A stretch of 64,000 nucleotides of DNA from Pristiophorus japonicus (GCF_044704955.1 NW_027250725.1:1-64000), one strand, 5' to 3'; positions 12,102 to 25,799 are shown, counted from the stretch's first letter. The notes: a model not told the origin generated them from the letters alone. A program made the numbers and translations.

Positions 12102-13635
12102 TGTAAGGGGTGGTTTGCAGAGGGTCAGCTTTCCCTTCTGACCTTATATGAGTGGTTCCGAATCGCTCCTACACCCTTGGTTCTAGACACTGGAATTATG
12201 AAGGGACTGTGACAGACTTGGACAGACAATCGGTTTCAAGGTAGGAAGCAGGTATGGCTTTATTGTGTTTAAAAAGAAGTAAAAGGCACACCTTTAATAA
12301 CACACACACAGATCAATACACACTGAAGGGTACAACACATTGAATAAAATGTCAAATTACAGCCTGTGGGGAAAAGAATACAGCTTAAACTCTAAATGTG
12401 GTAAAGAGGAGAATGCAGATACATTTACACAAGTTATCCCAGCCTCCCCCCTCCCAATTCCCCTAACTAACTAAGTTATAGCTCTGAGGGTTCAGGGGCT
12501 ATGCTCACCAATCCCTTTAGACAGTTGTCGGTGAATCACGGTTTCGGGGTTTGCTGCACTTGGCCTTCTAGGCGAGCCATACCCCGGACGGAGGAGAGGA
12601 CTTCGGACTGCGTAGTCTTCAGTTGGGGTGCGTCCGTTGATGCGGTAATTTGCGTTTCGGATGTATGGGATAAGTACCCACTTTCTTTGGTTTTAGTTAG
12701 TCCCTTTTGGTAATTTCTCACCCGTTGGCTGTTCAGAAGTAGATTGTAGAGTGGAGATAAATGTTGATTCTTCGGTTTTTGCTGAGTTGGTTTTGGTTGG
12801 TCGTTTCGCTGGTTGTGGTAGCCCGGGTTTGTCAATTTGGTTGCTGACAACCTTCCATTTCATGGGCCTCGTGCTCGGTCGGTCCTTGATGATTTCTTGT
12901 AGGTTGCTTCACGACTCCATTTCTTCACTCCGGCTGCTTGTGTCTGTCTGTGTTCTGTTCGTGTCTGTGTTCCTTTCGAGTCTATGTCCTGTTCGAGTCT
13001 GTGTTCTGCTAGTCCTGTATTCTGCTAGCTTTCCTTGTAAAACTGGGGTATAGATATATCCCAAAAAAAGGCTCCATTATCTCCCATCAAATCTCTTGGG
13101 CTCTGTTTAAGCTGTTCTGTCCATTGATTTTCAAATGTCTCCTTTGTCAGCAGTAACTTGATTAGGGTGTGAGAATGTGCTCTCATTGGTTTTGCATTGT
13201 TTTAGGATTGTCCAGTTTTTCTGACCATGATTTCCATTTTACTTGATTGGGTAATTCGATTATCTCTTAGGGGGTGAATAGTTCCCCCAGACAGTCTGGG
13301 ATCCTTATTACACGAATTTGCTTCAGACGTTGGCTCCACCTCCTGTATTTGGTAACTCTTTTTCGCAGCCAAAATGTTGTAGAATCTTAAAATCGATATG
13401 CTCCTTCCCATAGATGTTTAGGGGATCTCAAGCTTCTGTAATTTTGGTGCATTTTGAATTCCCTTTCCTATGAGTCCAAACACTGCGGGGGGGGGTCTCC
13501 ATGAATGAATCCCCTTTTATCCCCCGCAGGCTTCGTCTGCCCCTTTAAACTCATTTTAAAAGCCCAGAACGGGATTCTTCTCCTCTGTAGGGGAAAGGTA
13601 TCTGGAATCTTTGCGAGATATTGGTAAATTCTACA
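12102..13635 (-). repeat. 5' LTR (1534 bp)
   Basis: TG..CA termini; direct repeat of 3999-5584. Confidence 0.95.
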
Positions 13636-13834
13636 AATTAGCCTCAGTGTACCGGGGCCAGGCAGGGTCACTACTCCCAAATGATCCCGAGACCTCCTGG
13701 AAGGTCAGAGTGCATGGACAATGGGCGAGGGTCAGGATCAGGGCCCTCCCACTTCAATGAAAGAAAGCCTTGAATTTATATAGCACCTTTCACAAACTCA
13801 GGACATCCCAAAGTGCTTTACAACCAATTGCACA

Positions 13835-14320
13835 CAGGAAGATTTACGAGGATGTTGCCTGGACTGGAAAATTTTAGCCATAAGGAAAGATTGGATAGGC
13901 TGGGGTTGTCTTCTTTGGAATAAAGGAGGCTGAGGGGAGACCTTATTGAGGTGTATAAAATTATGAGGGGCCGAGATAGCATGGATAGGAGGGACCTAGT
14001 TTTCCTGAGCAGACAGGTCAACAACCAGGACATAGATTTAAAGTAATTGGTAGGAGGTTTAGAGGGGATTTGAGGGGAAATGTCTTCAACCAGAGGGTGG
14101 TGGGGGTCTGGAACTCACTGCCTGAAAATGTGGTAGAGGCAGAAACCATCACCACATTTGAAAAGTACTTAGATGTGCACTTGAAGTGCTGTAACCTATA
14201 GGGCTACGGACCAAGAGCTGGAAAGTGGGATTAGGCTGGATAGATCTTTGTCGGCCGGTGCGGACACGATGGGCCGAATGGCCTCCTTACATGTTGTAAA
14301 TTTCTCTGATTCTATGAAGT
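13835..14320 (+). mobile_element. CR1 LINE 3' fragment
   Basis: RFTRMLPGLE..QRVVGVWNSLP; paralog 44435-44915. Confidence 0.8.
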
Positions 14321-14512
14321 TCCCAGACTGCAATGAGATCCTGACCAGATCATCGGTTTTAACTATGTTGGTTGCGGGATAAATTTTGACCAGGACACTG
14401 GGAAGAATCCCCTTGCCCTTCCAGTAGTGATTATGAGATCTATCATGTCCACCTGAGAGAGCAGACGGGACTTCGGTTTAACGTCTCATCTGAAAGACAG
14501 GACCTCTGACAG

Positions 14513-17245
14513 AGGGATGATATGTTAGAAGGATCATCAAATGAGGCCATGTGGGTTAAACTGATTAACATAAAAGGGGCAATCACATTGCTGGGTGTGT
14601 AATATAGATCCCTAAACAGTCAGAGGGAGATCGAAGAGTAAATATGTCGGCAAATTGCTGAGAAGGTCAAAAACAATCGGCCAACAATAGTCGGGGATTT
14701 CAACTCCCCTCACATTAACTGGGATGGAATCAGTGTCAAAGGTATAGAGGTCCCAGAATTCTTCAAATGCATTCAGGAGAACTTTTATAGCCAGTACGTA
14801 GCAAGCCCAACAAGGGAGAGGGCGGTTCTGGGCTCAGTTTTAGGGAATGAAGCTGGGCAGGTGGGAAAGATATTTTGGTGCTAGTGATCATAATTCAGTT
14901 AGATTTAGCGTAGTTATGGAAAAGGACAAAGATGGAGCAGGAATAAAGGTTCTCAATTGTGGTAAGGCCCATTTTACTAAGCTGAGAGGTGATTTAGCAA
15001 AAGTGGGCTGGAAACAGCTACTTGAAGGTAAATCAGTGTCAGAGCTGTGGGAGGCATTCAAGGGGGAGATAGTAAGGGTTCAGAGCAAGTATGTTCCCAC
15101 AAAGGAAAAGGGTGGCACTCCCAAATCTAGTTATGAGGAAAGATTGGATCGGTTGCAGTACAGTGGGACCTGGGGGTACTTGTGCATGAAACACAATAGG
15201 ATAGTATGCAGGTACAGCAAGTGATCAGGAAGGCCAATGGAATCTTCGCCTTTATTGCAAAGGGGATGGAGTATAAAAGCAGGGAAGTCTTGCTACAGCT
15301 ATACAGGGTATTGATGAGGCCACACCTGGAATATTGCGTGCAGTTTTCGTTTCCATATTTACGAAAGGATATACTTGCTTTGGAAGCAATTCACAGGAGA
15401 TTCACTCGGTTGATTCTGGAAATGAGGTGGTTGACTTTAGAGGAAATGTTGAGTAGGTTGGGCCTCTACTCAATGGAATGCAGAAGAATGACAGGTGAAC
15501 TTATGGAAACATATAAGATTATGAGGGGGCTTGACAAGGTGGATGCAGAGAGGATGTTTCCACTAATGGGGGAGACTAGAACAAGAGAGCATGATCTTAG
15601 AAGAAGGGGCCTCCCATTTACAACTGAGATGAGGAGAAATTTCTTCTCTCAGAGGATTGTACACCTATGGAATTTGCTGCCTCAGAGAGCTGTGGAAGCT
15701 GGGACATTGAATAAATTTACGACAGAGATTGACAGTTTCTTAAATGATAAGAGGATAAGGAGTTATTGGGAGCGGGGAAGTGGAGCTGAGTCCATGATCA
15801 GATCAGCCATAATTTTATTGAATGGCGGAGCAGGCTCGAGGGGCCATATGGCCTACTCCTGTTCCTATTTCTTATGTTCTTATGTTGAAGGTAAATCAGT
15901 GTCAGAGCAGTGGGAGGCATTCAAGGGGGAGATAGTGAGGGTTCAGAGCAAGTATGTTCCCACAAAGGAAAAGGGTGGCACTCCCAAATCTAGAGCCCCT
16001 GGATGTCGAAGGGCATACAGGGTAGGTTAAGGCAAAAAAGGGAAGCTTATGTCAGATACCCAGAGCTAAATACTGCAGAAAGCCCAGAGGTGTATAGAAA
16101 GTGCAGGGGTGAAATTAAAAAGGAAATTAGGAATGCAAAGAGAGGGTATGAAAAAATATTGGCAAGTATAGTCAGGAAAAACTCAAAGATGTTTAATAAA
16201 TACATGAAAAGCAAGAGGATAACTAAAGAAAGAGTGTGGCCTATTGGAGACCAAAAAGGTAACCTGCGTGTGGAGGCAGAAATGTGGGAATAGTTATAAA
16301 TGAATACTTTGTATCTACCTTCACAGAAGAGAGGGACGATGCAGACATTGTAATTAAGGAAGACAAGTGTGAAATATTAGATGAGATAAACATAGTGAGT
16401 GAAGAAGTATTAAGGGGTTTAGCATATAATCTATTCAATGTTGTTAAGTGAAGCAAGGGAGGAAATAGCAGAGGCTCTGACCATAATTTTTCAATCTACC
16501 CTGTTTCCAGGTGAGGTGTCGGAGGACTGGAGGACTGCTAACATGGTACCTTTGTTTAAAAAGGGGGAAAGAGATAGGCCGAGTAATAACAGGCCAGTCA
16601 GCTTAACCTCGGTGGTGGGAAAATTATTGGAAACAATTCCGAGGGAGAGGATAAATTGTCATATAGAAAGGGACGGATTAATCAAGGACAGTAAGCATGG
16701 ATTTGTTAAGGGAATGTTGTGCCTGACTAACGTGATTGAATTTTTTGCGGAGATAACAAGGAGGGTCGATGAGTGTTGCATTTTTGATATAGTCTACATG
16801 GATCTTTGCAAGGCTTTTGGCAAGGTCTCACATGGCAGAAAAGTAAAAAGCCCATGGGATCCAAGGGCAAGTGGCAAGTTGAATCCAAAAATGGCTCAGT
16901 GGCAGGAAGCAAAGGGTAATGGTCAACAAGTGTTTTTGTGACTGGAAGGCTGTTTCGAGTATTGTTCCGCAGGGCTCAGTACTAAGTCCCTTGCGCATTG
17001 TAATATACACCAATGATTTAGAATTCAATGTAGGGGACATGATTAAGAATTTTCTGATGATACAAAAATTGGCTGTGCGATTGATAGTGAGGAAGAAAGC
17101 TGTAGACAGCAGGAAGATATCAATGGACTGGTCAGGTGGGCAGAACTGTGGCAAAAGGAATTCAATCCCGAGAACTGTGAGGTAATGCATTTGGGGAAGT
17201 CTAACAACGCAAATGAATACACATTACATGACAGGACACTGAGAA
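14513..17245 (+). mobile_element. CR1 ORF2 (endonuclease-RT) remnant with nested CR1 at 15131-15884
   Basis: GDFN, SDH and NRPVSLTS motifs; paralog about 41599-44270 on the - strand. Confidence 0.85.
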
Positions 17246-20200
17246 TTCCCTGGATTCTTGGGAGGTTCCAGCAGTTTGGAAATCTGCAAATGTAACGCCC
17301 CTATTTAAAAAAGGAGGCAGACAAAAAGCAGGAAATTATAGACCAGTTAGCCTAACATAACTGTGGTTGGGAAAATGTTGGAATCCATTATTAAAGAAGC
17401 AGTAGCAGGACATTTGGATAAGCAAAATTCGGTCAGGCAGAGTCAGCATGGATTTACGAAGGGGAAGTCATGTTTGACAAATTTTCTGGAGTTCTTTGAG
17501 GATGTAACGAATAGGGTGGATAAAGACTTCCAGCAGGCATTTGACAAGGTGCCACATAAAAGGTTACTGCACAAGATAAAAGTTCACGGGGTTTGGGGTA
17601 GTATATTAGAATGGATAGAGGATTGGCCAATGAACAGAAAACAGAGAGTCACGATAAATGGTTCATTCTCGGGTTGGCAATCCATAACAAGTGGGGTGCT
17701 GCAGGGATCAGTGTTGGGACCCCAACTATTTGCAATCTATATTAATGATTTGGATGAAGGGACCGAGTGTAACGTAGCCATGTTTGCTGATGATACAAAG
17801 ATGGGAGTAAAAGCAATGTGTGAGGAAGACACAAAAAACCTGCAAAAAGGCATAGACAGGCAAAGTGAGCTGGCAAAAATTTGGCAGATTCAGTATCATG
17901 TTGGAAAGTGTGAGGTTATGCACATTGGCAGAAAAAAATCAAAGAGCAAGTTTTATTCGAATAGAGAAAAATTGCAAAGTGCTGTAGTACAGCGGGACCT
18001 GGGGGTAATTGTGCATGAAACACAAAAGGATAGTATGCGGGTACAGCAAGTGATCAGGAAGGCCAATGGTTTCTTGGCCATTATTGCAGTGGGAATGAAA
18101 TATAAAAGCAGGGAAGTCTTGCTTCAGTTATATAGGGTATTGGTGAGGAATACTGCGTGCAATTTTGGTTTCCATATTTAAGAAAGGATATACTTGCTTT
18201 GGAGGCAGTTCAGAGAAGGTTCACTAGATTGATTCCAGAGCTGAGGGGGATTGTCTTTTGAGGAAAGGTTGAGTAGGTTGGGCATCTACTCATTGGAATT
18301 CAGAAGAATGAGAGGTGATCTTATCGAAACATGTAAGATTATGAGGGGGCTTGACAAGGTGGATGCAGAGAGGATGTTTCCACTGATAGGGGAGACTAGA
18401 ACTAGGGAACTGAGGTGAGAGTGAGATGAGGAAGAATTTCTTCTCTCAGAATCTTTAATCTCTAATTATTCTCTAATCTCCGGATTACTCCCGGTGCCAC
18501 GAGCTAGTGAATACAGAAACAGGAGGATAGAGCAGATGAATGCGTGGCTGGAGAGATGGTGCAGGTGGGACGCTTTAGTTTCCTGAGGCATTGAGACCGT
18601 TTCTGGGGAGGTGGGACCTCTACAAACCGGCCGGGTTGCTCCTCAACAGAGCCGGGACAATATCCTCGAGGGGAGCATTTGTTAGTCATGTTGGGGAGGG
18701 TTTAAACTAGCTTGGAAGGGGGATGGGAACCTGAGAATAGATTCAGTAGGGAGGGGACTAAAGCTGGAATTAGAAAGCAAAAATAAATAAAGTGAGTTTG
18801 AAGGAGAGAGGAAACAAGCAGATAAAAAGTGTAAAAATCAAATTCAAAGACTCTAAGACTCTTTGTCTAAATTAGAAAATAGATGAGTTGACGGCACAAA
18901 TAGATACAAATGAATATGATCTGATAGCCATTACAGAGACGTGGTTGCAAGGTGACCAGGACTGGGAACTAAATACTCAGGAGTCCTTGACAATCCGGAA
19001 GGACAGACAGAAATGTAAAGGAGGTGGGGTTGCTCCATTGATAAAGGATGGAATCACTGCAATAGTGAGAAATGATATTGGCTCAAATGATCAGGATGTT
19101 GAAACAGTTTGGATGGAGATAAGGAATAATAAAGGGAAAAAGTCACTGATGGGCGTAGTCTATAGGCCCCCTAGCAGAAGCAACTCTGTTGGTCGGAGTA
19201 TAAAGCAAGAAATAGTGGTGGCTTGTAAAAAGTGAACAGCAATAATCATGGGTGATTTTAACCTCCACATTGATTGGATAAATCAAATCAGGCAGGGTAG
19301 TCTTGAGGAAGAGTTCATAGAGTGCATAAGAGATGGATTCCCTGAGCAGTATGTAACGGAACCAACCAGGGGGCAGGCTATCTTAGATCTGGTCCTATGT
19401 AATGAGACAGTATTAATAAACAATCTCCTAGTAAAGGATACCCTTGGACTGAGTGATGATAACATGGTTCAATTTCAAATTCAGATGGGGTGGGGGGGTG
19501 AGAAAGTTGGATCTCTAACCAGCGTACTAAGCTTAAATAAAGGAGACTACAAAGGTATGAGGGCAGAGTTGGCTAAAGTGGACTGGGAAAATAGATTAAA
19601 GTATAGGACGGCTGATGAACAGTGGCGTACATATAAGGAGATATTTCACAACTCTCAAGAAAAATATATTCCAGTGAGGAGGAAATGGTGTAAAAGAAAA
19701 GATAGCCATCTGTGGCTAACTAAAGAAATAAAGGACGGTATCCAATTAAAAACAAGGGCATACAAAGGGTCCCAAACCAGTGGGAGGACTGAAGATTGGG
19801 AAGCTTTTAAAAGCCAGCAAAGAATGACTAAAAAAGTGATTAAGAAAGGGAAGATAGACTATGAAAGTAAACTAGCACAAAATATAAAAACAGATAGCAA
19901 GAGTTTCTATAGGTATATAAAAAGGAAAAGAGTGGCTAAAGTAAATGATGATCCCTGAGAGGACAAAACGAGGGAATTAATAATGGAAAACATGGAGATG
20001 GCAGAAACTCCGAACAAATATTTTGTATCAGTCTTTAGAGTAGAGGACACTGAGATGAGGAGGAATTTCTTCTCTCAGATGATTGCAAATCTGTGGAATT
20101 CGCTGCCTGAGAGAGCTGTGGAAGCTGGGTCAGAGAAGATATTTAAGACAGAGATAGATAGTTTCTTAACACTCAATGGAATAAGGGGTTATGGGGAGCG

Positions 20201-20310
20201 GGCTGGGAATTAACCTGAGTCCATGATCGGATCGGCCATGATCGTATTAAATAGTGGAGCAGGCTCGAGGGGCCCTGTGGCCTACTCCTGCTCCTATTTC
20301 TTATGTTCTT
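17244..20310 (+). mobile_element. CR1 RT/3' end (17244-18450 plus 20052-20310) interrupted by a CR1 ORF1-end/endonuclease piece (about 18450-20050)
   Basis: ORFs 17363-18181 (RT), 18888-19235 and 19248-19958 (AITETW, YRPP, GDFN); the host element is paralogous to 31492-32960. Confidence 0.8.
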
Positions 20311-21016
20311 TAACTGGGGAGGAGTGGGAATAATTGGGTAATTCTTTCAAAGAGCCGGCACAGGCACGATGGGCTGAATGGCCTTCTTCTGTGCTGTAAG
20401 ATTCTAGGCTGTGAGCGTGGTTCACAGTTTTCTCCCGTGTCGTTAACAAACGTACAGCTGTGACAACCTCCCTCTTTCACTTCCTCTGTGGGTGAAGTTT
20501 CATTCTTCCGATCTGACAGTCTCTTCAGTTATTTTTTCCATGGAGGATTTCTGCTGTGGTCTGAGCATCTAATAATAACTGTCCAATCAGGCAGAATAAC
20601 AGCAGCTCGGACCGGCTAGGACAGTGGACCCAGGCTCAGTGCTGACCCTGCAACGTCCTCCTCACCAACATCTGAGGACTTGTGCCAAAAGTGGGAGAGC
20701 TGCCCCACAGACTAGTCAAGCACCAGTCTGACATAGTACTACTCACAGAATCAGACCTTTCAGCCAATGTCCTACTGCCCCCTCTCTCCGCCCCCAAAAT
20801 CCCATGAATCCTTAAACAGGAACCCTTTTGAAGAACAGTGTGTTCTGAGATCCTGGCTGGGAGAGATTATGTGCTGAGAAAACAATCGCTACCATTCGTG
20901 AAAAAGTACTCAGTAAAATAATGGAACTAAAGGTGGACAAGTCCCCTGGACCTGATGGCCAGCATCCTAGGGTCTTTAATGAAGTGGATGCATAAATTGT
21001 GGATGCATTGGTTGAA

Positions 21017-23896
21017 ATCTATCTTTCCTTTCTTTATTGCTTCTTAGTCATTCTTTGCTGTCGTTTAAAATTTTCCCAATTTTCTAGTTTCCCACTAACC
21101 TTGGCCACCTTATACTCATTGGTTTTTAATTTGATACTCTCCTTTATTTCCTTGGTTATCCACGCCTGGTTATCCCTTCTCTTACCGCCCTTCAAAAGAT
21201 AGACAAGAAGGGAAAGGAGGTGGGCTAGCTCTGTTAATAAAGGATGATATCAGAGCAGTTGTGAGAGATGATATTGGATCTAATAAACAAAATGTTGAAT
21301 CATTGTGGATGGAGATTAGAGATAGTCAGGGGAAAAAGTCACTGGTGGGCGTAATTTATAGGCCCCCAAATAATAACTTCACGGTGGGGCGGACAATAAT
21401 CAAGGGAATAATGGAGGCATGTGAAAAAGGAACGGCAGTAATCATGGGGGATTTTAACCTACATACCGATTGGTCAAATCAAATCGCACAGGGTAGCCTT
21501 GAAGAGGAATTCATAGAATGCATACGGGATTGTTTCTTAGAACAGTATGTTACAGAACCTACAAGGGAGCAAGCTATCTTAGATCTGGTCCTGTGTAATG
21601 AGACAGGAATAATAAACGATCTCCTTGTAAAAGATCCTCTCGGAATGAGTGATCACAGTATGGTTGAATTTATAATACAGATTGAGGGTGAGGGAGTCGT
21701 GTCTCAAACGAGCATACTATGCTTAAACAAAGGGGACTACAGTGGGATGAGGGCAGAGTTGGCTAAAGTAGACTGGCAACACAGACTAAACGGTGGCACA
21801 CTTGAGGAACAGTGGAGGACTTTTAAGGAGCTCTTTCATAGTGCTCAACAAAAATATATTCCAGTGAAAAAGATGGTCGGTAAGAGAAAGGATAACCAGC
21901 CATGGATAACCAAGGAAATAAAGGAGAGTATCAAATTAAAAACAATGCATATAAGGTGGCCAAGGTTAGTGGGAAACAAGAAGATTGGGAAAATTTTAAA
22001 CGACAGCAAAGAATGACTAAGAAAGCAATAAGGAAAGGAAAGATCGATTATCAAAGTAAACTTGCGCAAAACATAAAAACAGATAGTAAAAGCTTTTACC
22101 GATATATAAAACGGAAAAGAGTGACTAATGTAAATGTTGGTCCCTTAGAAGATGAGATGGGGGATTTAATAATGGGAAATGTGGAAATGGCTGAGACCTT
22201 AAACAATTATTTTGCTTCGGTCTTCAAAGTGGAAGACACAAAAACCATGCCAAAAATTGCTGGTCATGGGAATGTGGGAAGTGAGGACTTTGAGACAATC
22301 ACTATCACTAGGTGGGTAGTGCTGGACAGGCTAATGGGACTCAAGGTAGACAAGTCCCCTGGTCCTCATGAAATGCATCCCAGGGTATTAAAATAGATGG
22401 CGGATGTTATAGCAGATGCATTCGTTATAATCTACCAAAATTCTCTGAACTCTGTTTAAAAAAGGGGGCAGAAAAAAGGCAGTTAACTAAAGACCGGATA
22501 GTTTAACATCTGTAGTGGGGAAAATGCTTGAAGCGATCATTAAGGAAGAAATGGCCGGACATCTAGATAGGAATAGTGCAATCAAGCAGACGCAACATGG
22601 ATTCATGAAGGGGAAATCATGTTTAACTAATTTACCGGAATTCTTTGAGGATATAATGAGCAAGGTGGATAGAGGTGTACCGATGGATGTAGAGTATTTG
22701 GATTTCCAAAAGGCATTCGACAAGGTGCCACATAAAAGGTTACTGCAGAAAATAAAGGTACGCGGAGTCAGAGGAAATGTATTAGCATGGATAGAGAATT
22801 GGCTAACTAACAGAAAGCAGAGAGTTGGGATAAATGGGTCCTTTTCAGGTTGGCAATCGGTGATTAGTGGTGTGCCACAGGGATTGGTGCTGGGGCCACA
22901 ACTGTTTACAATATACATAGATGACCTGGAAGAGGGGACAGAGTGTAGTGTAACAAAATTTGCAGATGACACAAAGATTAGTGGGAAAGCGGGTTGTGTA
23001 GAGGACACAGAGAGGCTGCAAAGAGATTTAGATAGGTTAAGCGAATGGGCTAAGGTTTGGCAGATGGAATACAATGTCGGAAAATGTGAGGTCATCCACC
23101 TTGGAAAAAAAAACAGTAAAAGTGAATATTATTTGAATGAGGAGAAATTACAACATGCTGCGTTGCAGAGGGACCTGGGGGTCCTTGTGAATGAATCACA
23201 AAATGTTAGTTTGCAGGTGCAGCAGGTAATCAGGAAGGCAAATGGAATGTTGGCCTTCATTGCGAGAGGGATGGAGTACAAAAGCAAGGAGGTCCTGCTG
23301 CAACTGTATAGGGTATTGGTGAGGCCGCACCTGGAGTACTGCGTGCAGTTTTGGTCACCATACTTAAGGAAGTATATACTAGCTTTGGAGGGGGTACAGA
23401 GACGATTCACTCGGCTGATTCCGCAGATGAGGGGGTTACCTTATGATGATAGATTGAGTAGACTGGGTCTTTACTCGTTGGAGTTCAGAAGGATGAGGGG
23501 TGATCTTATAGAAACATTTAAAATAATGAAAGGGATAGACAAGATAGAGGCAGAGAGGTTGTTTCCACTGGTTGGGGAGACTAGAACTAGGGGGCACAGC
23601 ATCAAAATACGGGGGAGCCAATTTAAAACCGAGTTGAGAAGGAATTTCTTCTCCCAGAGGGTTGTGAATCTGTGGAATTCTCTGCCCAAGGAAGCAGTTC
23701 AGGCTAGCTCATTGAATTCAAGTCACAGATAGATAGATTTTTAACAATAAGGGAATTAAGGATTATGGGGAGCGGGCGGGTAAGTGGAGCTGAGTCCACG
23801 GCCAGGTCAGCCATGATCTTGTTGAATGGCGGAGCAGGCTCGAGGGGCGAGATGGCCTACTCCTGTTCCTAATTCTTATATTCTTATGTTCTTATG
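21017..23896 (+). mobile_element. Relatively intact CR1 ORF2 (EN-RT) with a 5' inverted fragment, nested in an older CR1 (20905-21020 plus 23897-25310)
   Basis: ORFs 21261-22016, 21902-22396 and 22515-23732 (405-aa RT); tail ttcttatgttcttatg; the host sequence resumes at taccaaattc. Confidence 0.85.
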
Positions 23897-25312
23897 TACC
23901 AAATTCTGGAGAGGTCCCAGCAGATTGGAAAACCGCAAATATAACGCCCTTATTTAAAAAAGGGAGACAGAAAGCAGGAATATAGACCAGTTAGTCTAAC
24001 ATCTGTCGTTGGGAAAATGCTGGAGTTCATTATCAAGGAAGCAGTAGCAGGACATTTGGGAAAGCAGAATTCAATCAAGCAGAGTCAGCCTGTTTTTATG
24101 AAAGTGAAATCATGCTTGACACATTTGTTGGAGTTCTTTGAGGACGTAACACGCAGGGTGGCTATGGGGGAACAAGTGGATGTGGTGTATTTGGATTTCT
24201 AGAAGGGATTCAATAAGATACCACATAAAAGATTACCACTCACGATAAGAGAACATGGGTTTGGTGCTAATATATTAGCATGGATAGAGGATTGGTTAAC
24301 TCGCAGAAAACAGGGAGTCAGGATAAATGGGTCATTTTCTGGTAGGCAAACGGTAACTAGTGGGGTTTCACAGGGATCGGTGTTGGGGCCTCAACTATTT
24401 ACAATCTATGGTAATAACTTGTATGAAGGGACCGAGTGTAAAAAATCGAATAGCAAATTATTATTTAAATGGAGAGAGATTACAAAATGCTGCAATACAG
24501 AGGGACCTGGGGGTCCTTGCGCATGAAACACAAAAAGTTAGTATGCAAGCACAGCAAGTAATCAGGACGGCAAATGGAATGTTGGCCTTAATTGCAAGGG
24601 GGATGGAGTATAAAAGCAGGGAAGTCCTGCTACATCTGTACAGGGTATTGGTGAGACCACACCGAGAGTACTGTGTACAGTTTTGGTCCCCTTATTATAA
24701 GGAGGGATATATTTGCACTGGAGGCAGTTCAGATAAGGTTCACGAGGTTGATTCCTGAGATGAAGGGGCTGACTTATGAAGAAAGTTTGAGCAAGTTACC
24801 AGAACATAAGAAATAGGCCCCTCCGCCATTCAATAAGATCATGGCTGATCTGATCATGTACTCAGCTCCACTTCCATGCCTGCTCCACCTATACTCTTTG
24901 GAGTTTAGAAGAATGAGAGATGAACTTCTTGAAACATGTAAGATTCTGAGGTGGCTCGACAAGGTAGATGCAGAGAGGATGTTTCCACTCATAGGGGAAT
25001 CTAGAACTCGGGGGCAGAGTTTAAGAATAAGAGGTCACCCATTTAGAATTGAGATGAGGAGGAATTTCTTCTCTCAGAGGGTTGTAAATCTGTTCAATTC
25101 TCTGCCTGAGAGAGTTGTGGAGGCTGTGTCATTGAATATATTTAAGTTGGAGATAGACAGATTTTTGAACGATAAGGCAGTAAAGGATTATGGGGAGCGG
25201 GCAGGGAAGTGGAGCTGAGCCCAGGATCAGATCAGCCATGATCTTATTAATTGGCAGAGCAGGCTCGAGGGGCCAAATGGCCTAGTCCTGCTCCTATTTC
25301 TTATGTACTTAT
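23897..25312 (+). mobile_element. CR1 RT/3' remnant
   Basis: ORFs 24017-24202, 24360-24758 and 24841-25218 with CR1 C-terminal motifs. Confidence 0.8.
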
Positions 25313-25799
25313 GATTCTTTAGCCGAGAATTTCCCCGGTGTGGTGCCAGCCATTTAGAGGGTTTTGTTGAAATAATCGCAGCCGCCTTGCTTGCGGCCCG
25401 GGACATGTCATCCACCATTTTGGTTAGGGCCTTACCGCAGTCGTTGGCAGCACTCGCCTCACAATGAGGATTGTCAGATGGTGACACCAATGCCTGGCTC
25501 GAGCCATGACTGTTAATTGGGGCGTTTGCGCTCACCATATGGCCCTGCCCTAAGCACACACAGAAAAGCAGGCGTGAAGCAGCCCTGCACAGATGCTGTT
25601 GGTGCTTCTTAACGGGCCACACATCTTTCAGGTATGTTGGCATTTAAGCTCTGGACTGTTTAAAACAATATACTTTATGGAAGTAGTGGCTTGGTGCAAT
25701 AAATGTTCAATGCTTTTTCAGTGTGCAGGGAATGCAAGGGGTGCTGCTGGACATGTTCAAGGCCTTGGGTGGTAAAGAAAGGTCCCTGCAAAGATCAGG

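Larger units (their letters stand above)
3999..13635 (-). mobile_element. Full-length defective retrovirus-like LTR element (env-less, dual RNase H)
   Basis: TG..CA LTRs at 12102-13635 and 3999-5584. TSD AATT at 3995-3998 and 13636-13639, with a single AATT at the empty paralogous site 45111-45114. PBS, PPT and gag-PR-RT-RH-RH-IN order present. Confidence 0.95.

Noticed and set aside
22515-23732. Active LINE reverse transcriptase gene
   Set aside because: Upstream ORF2 has frameshifts, a stop and a deletion, and ORF1 is absent.
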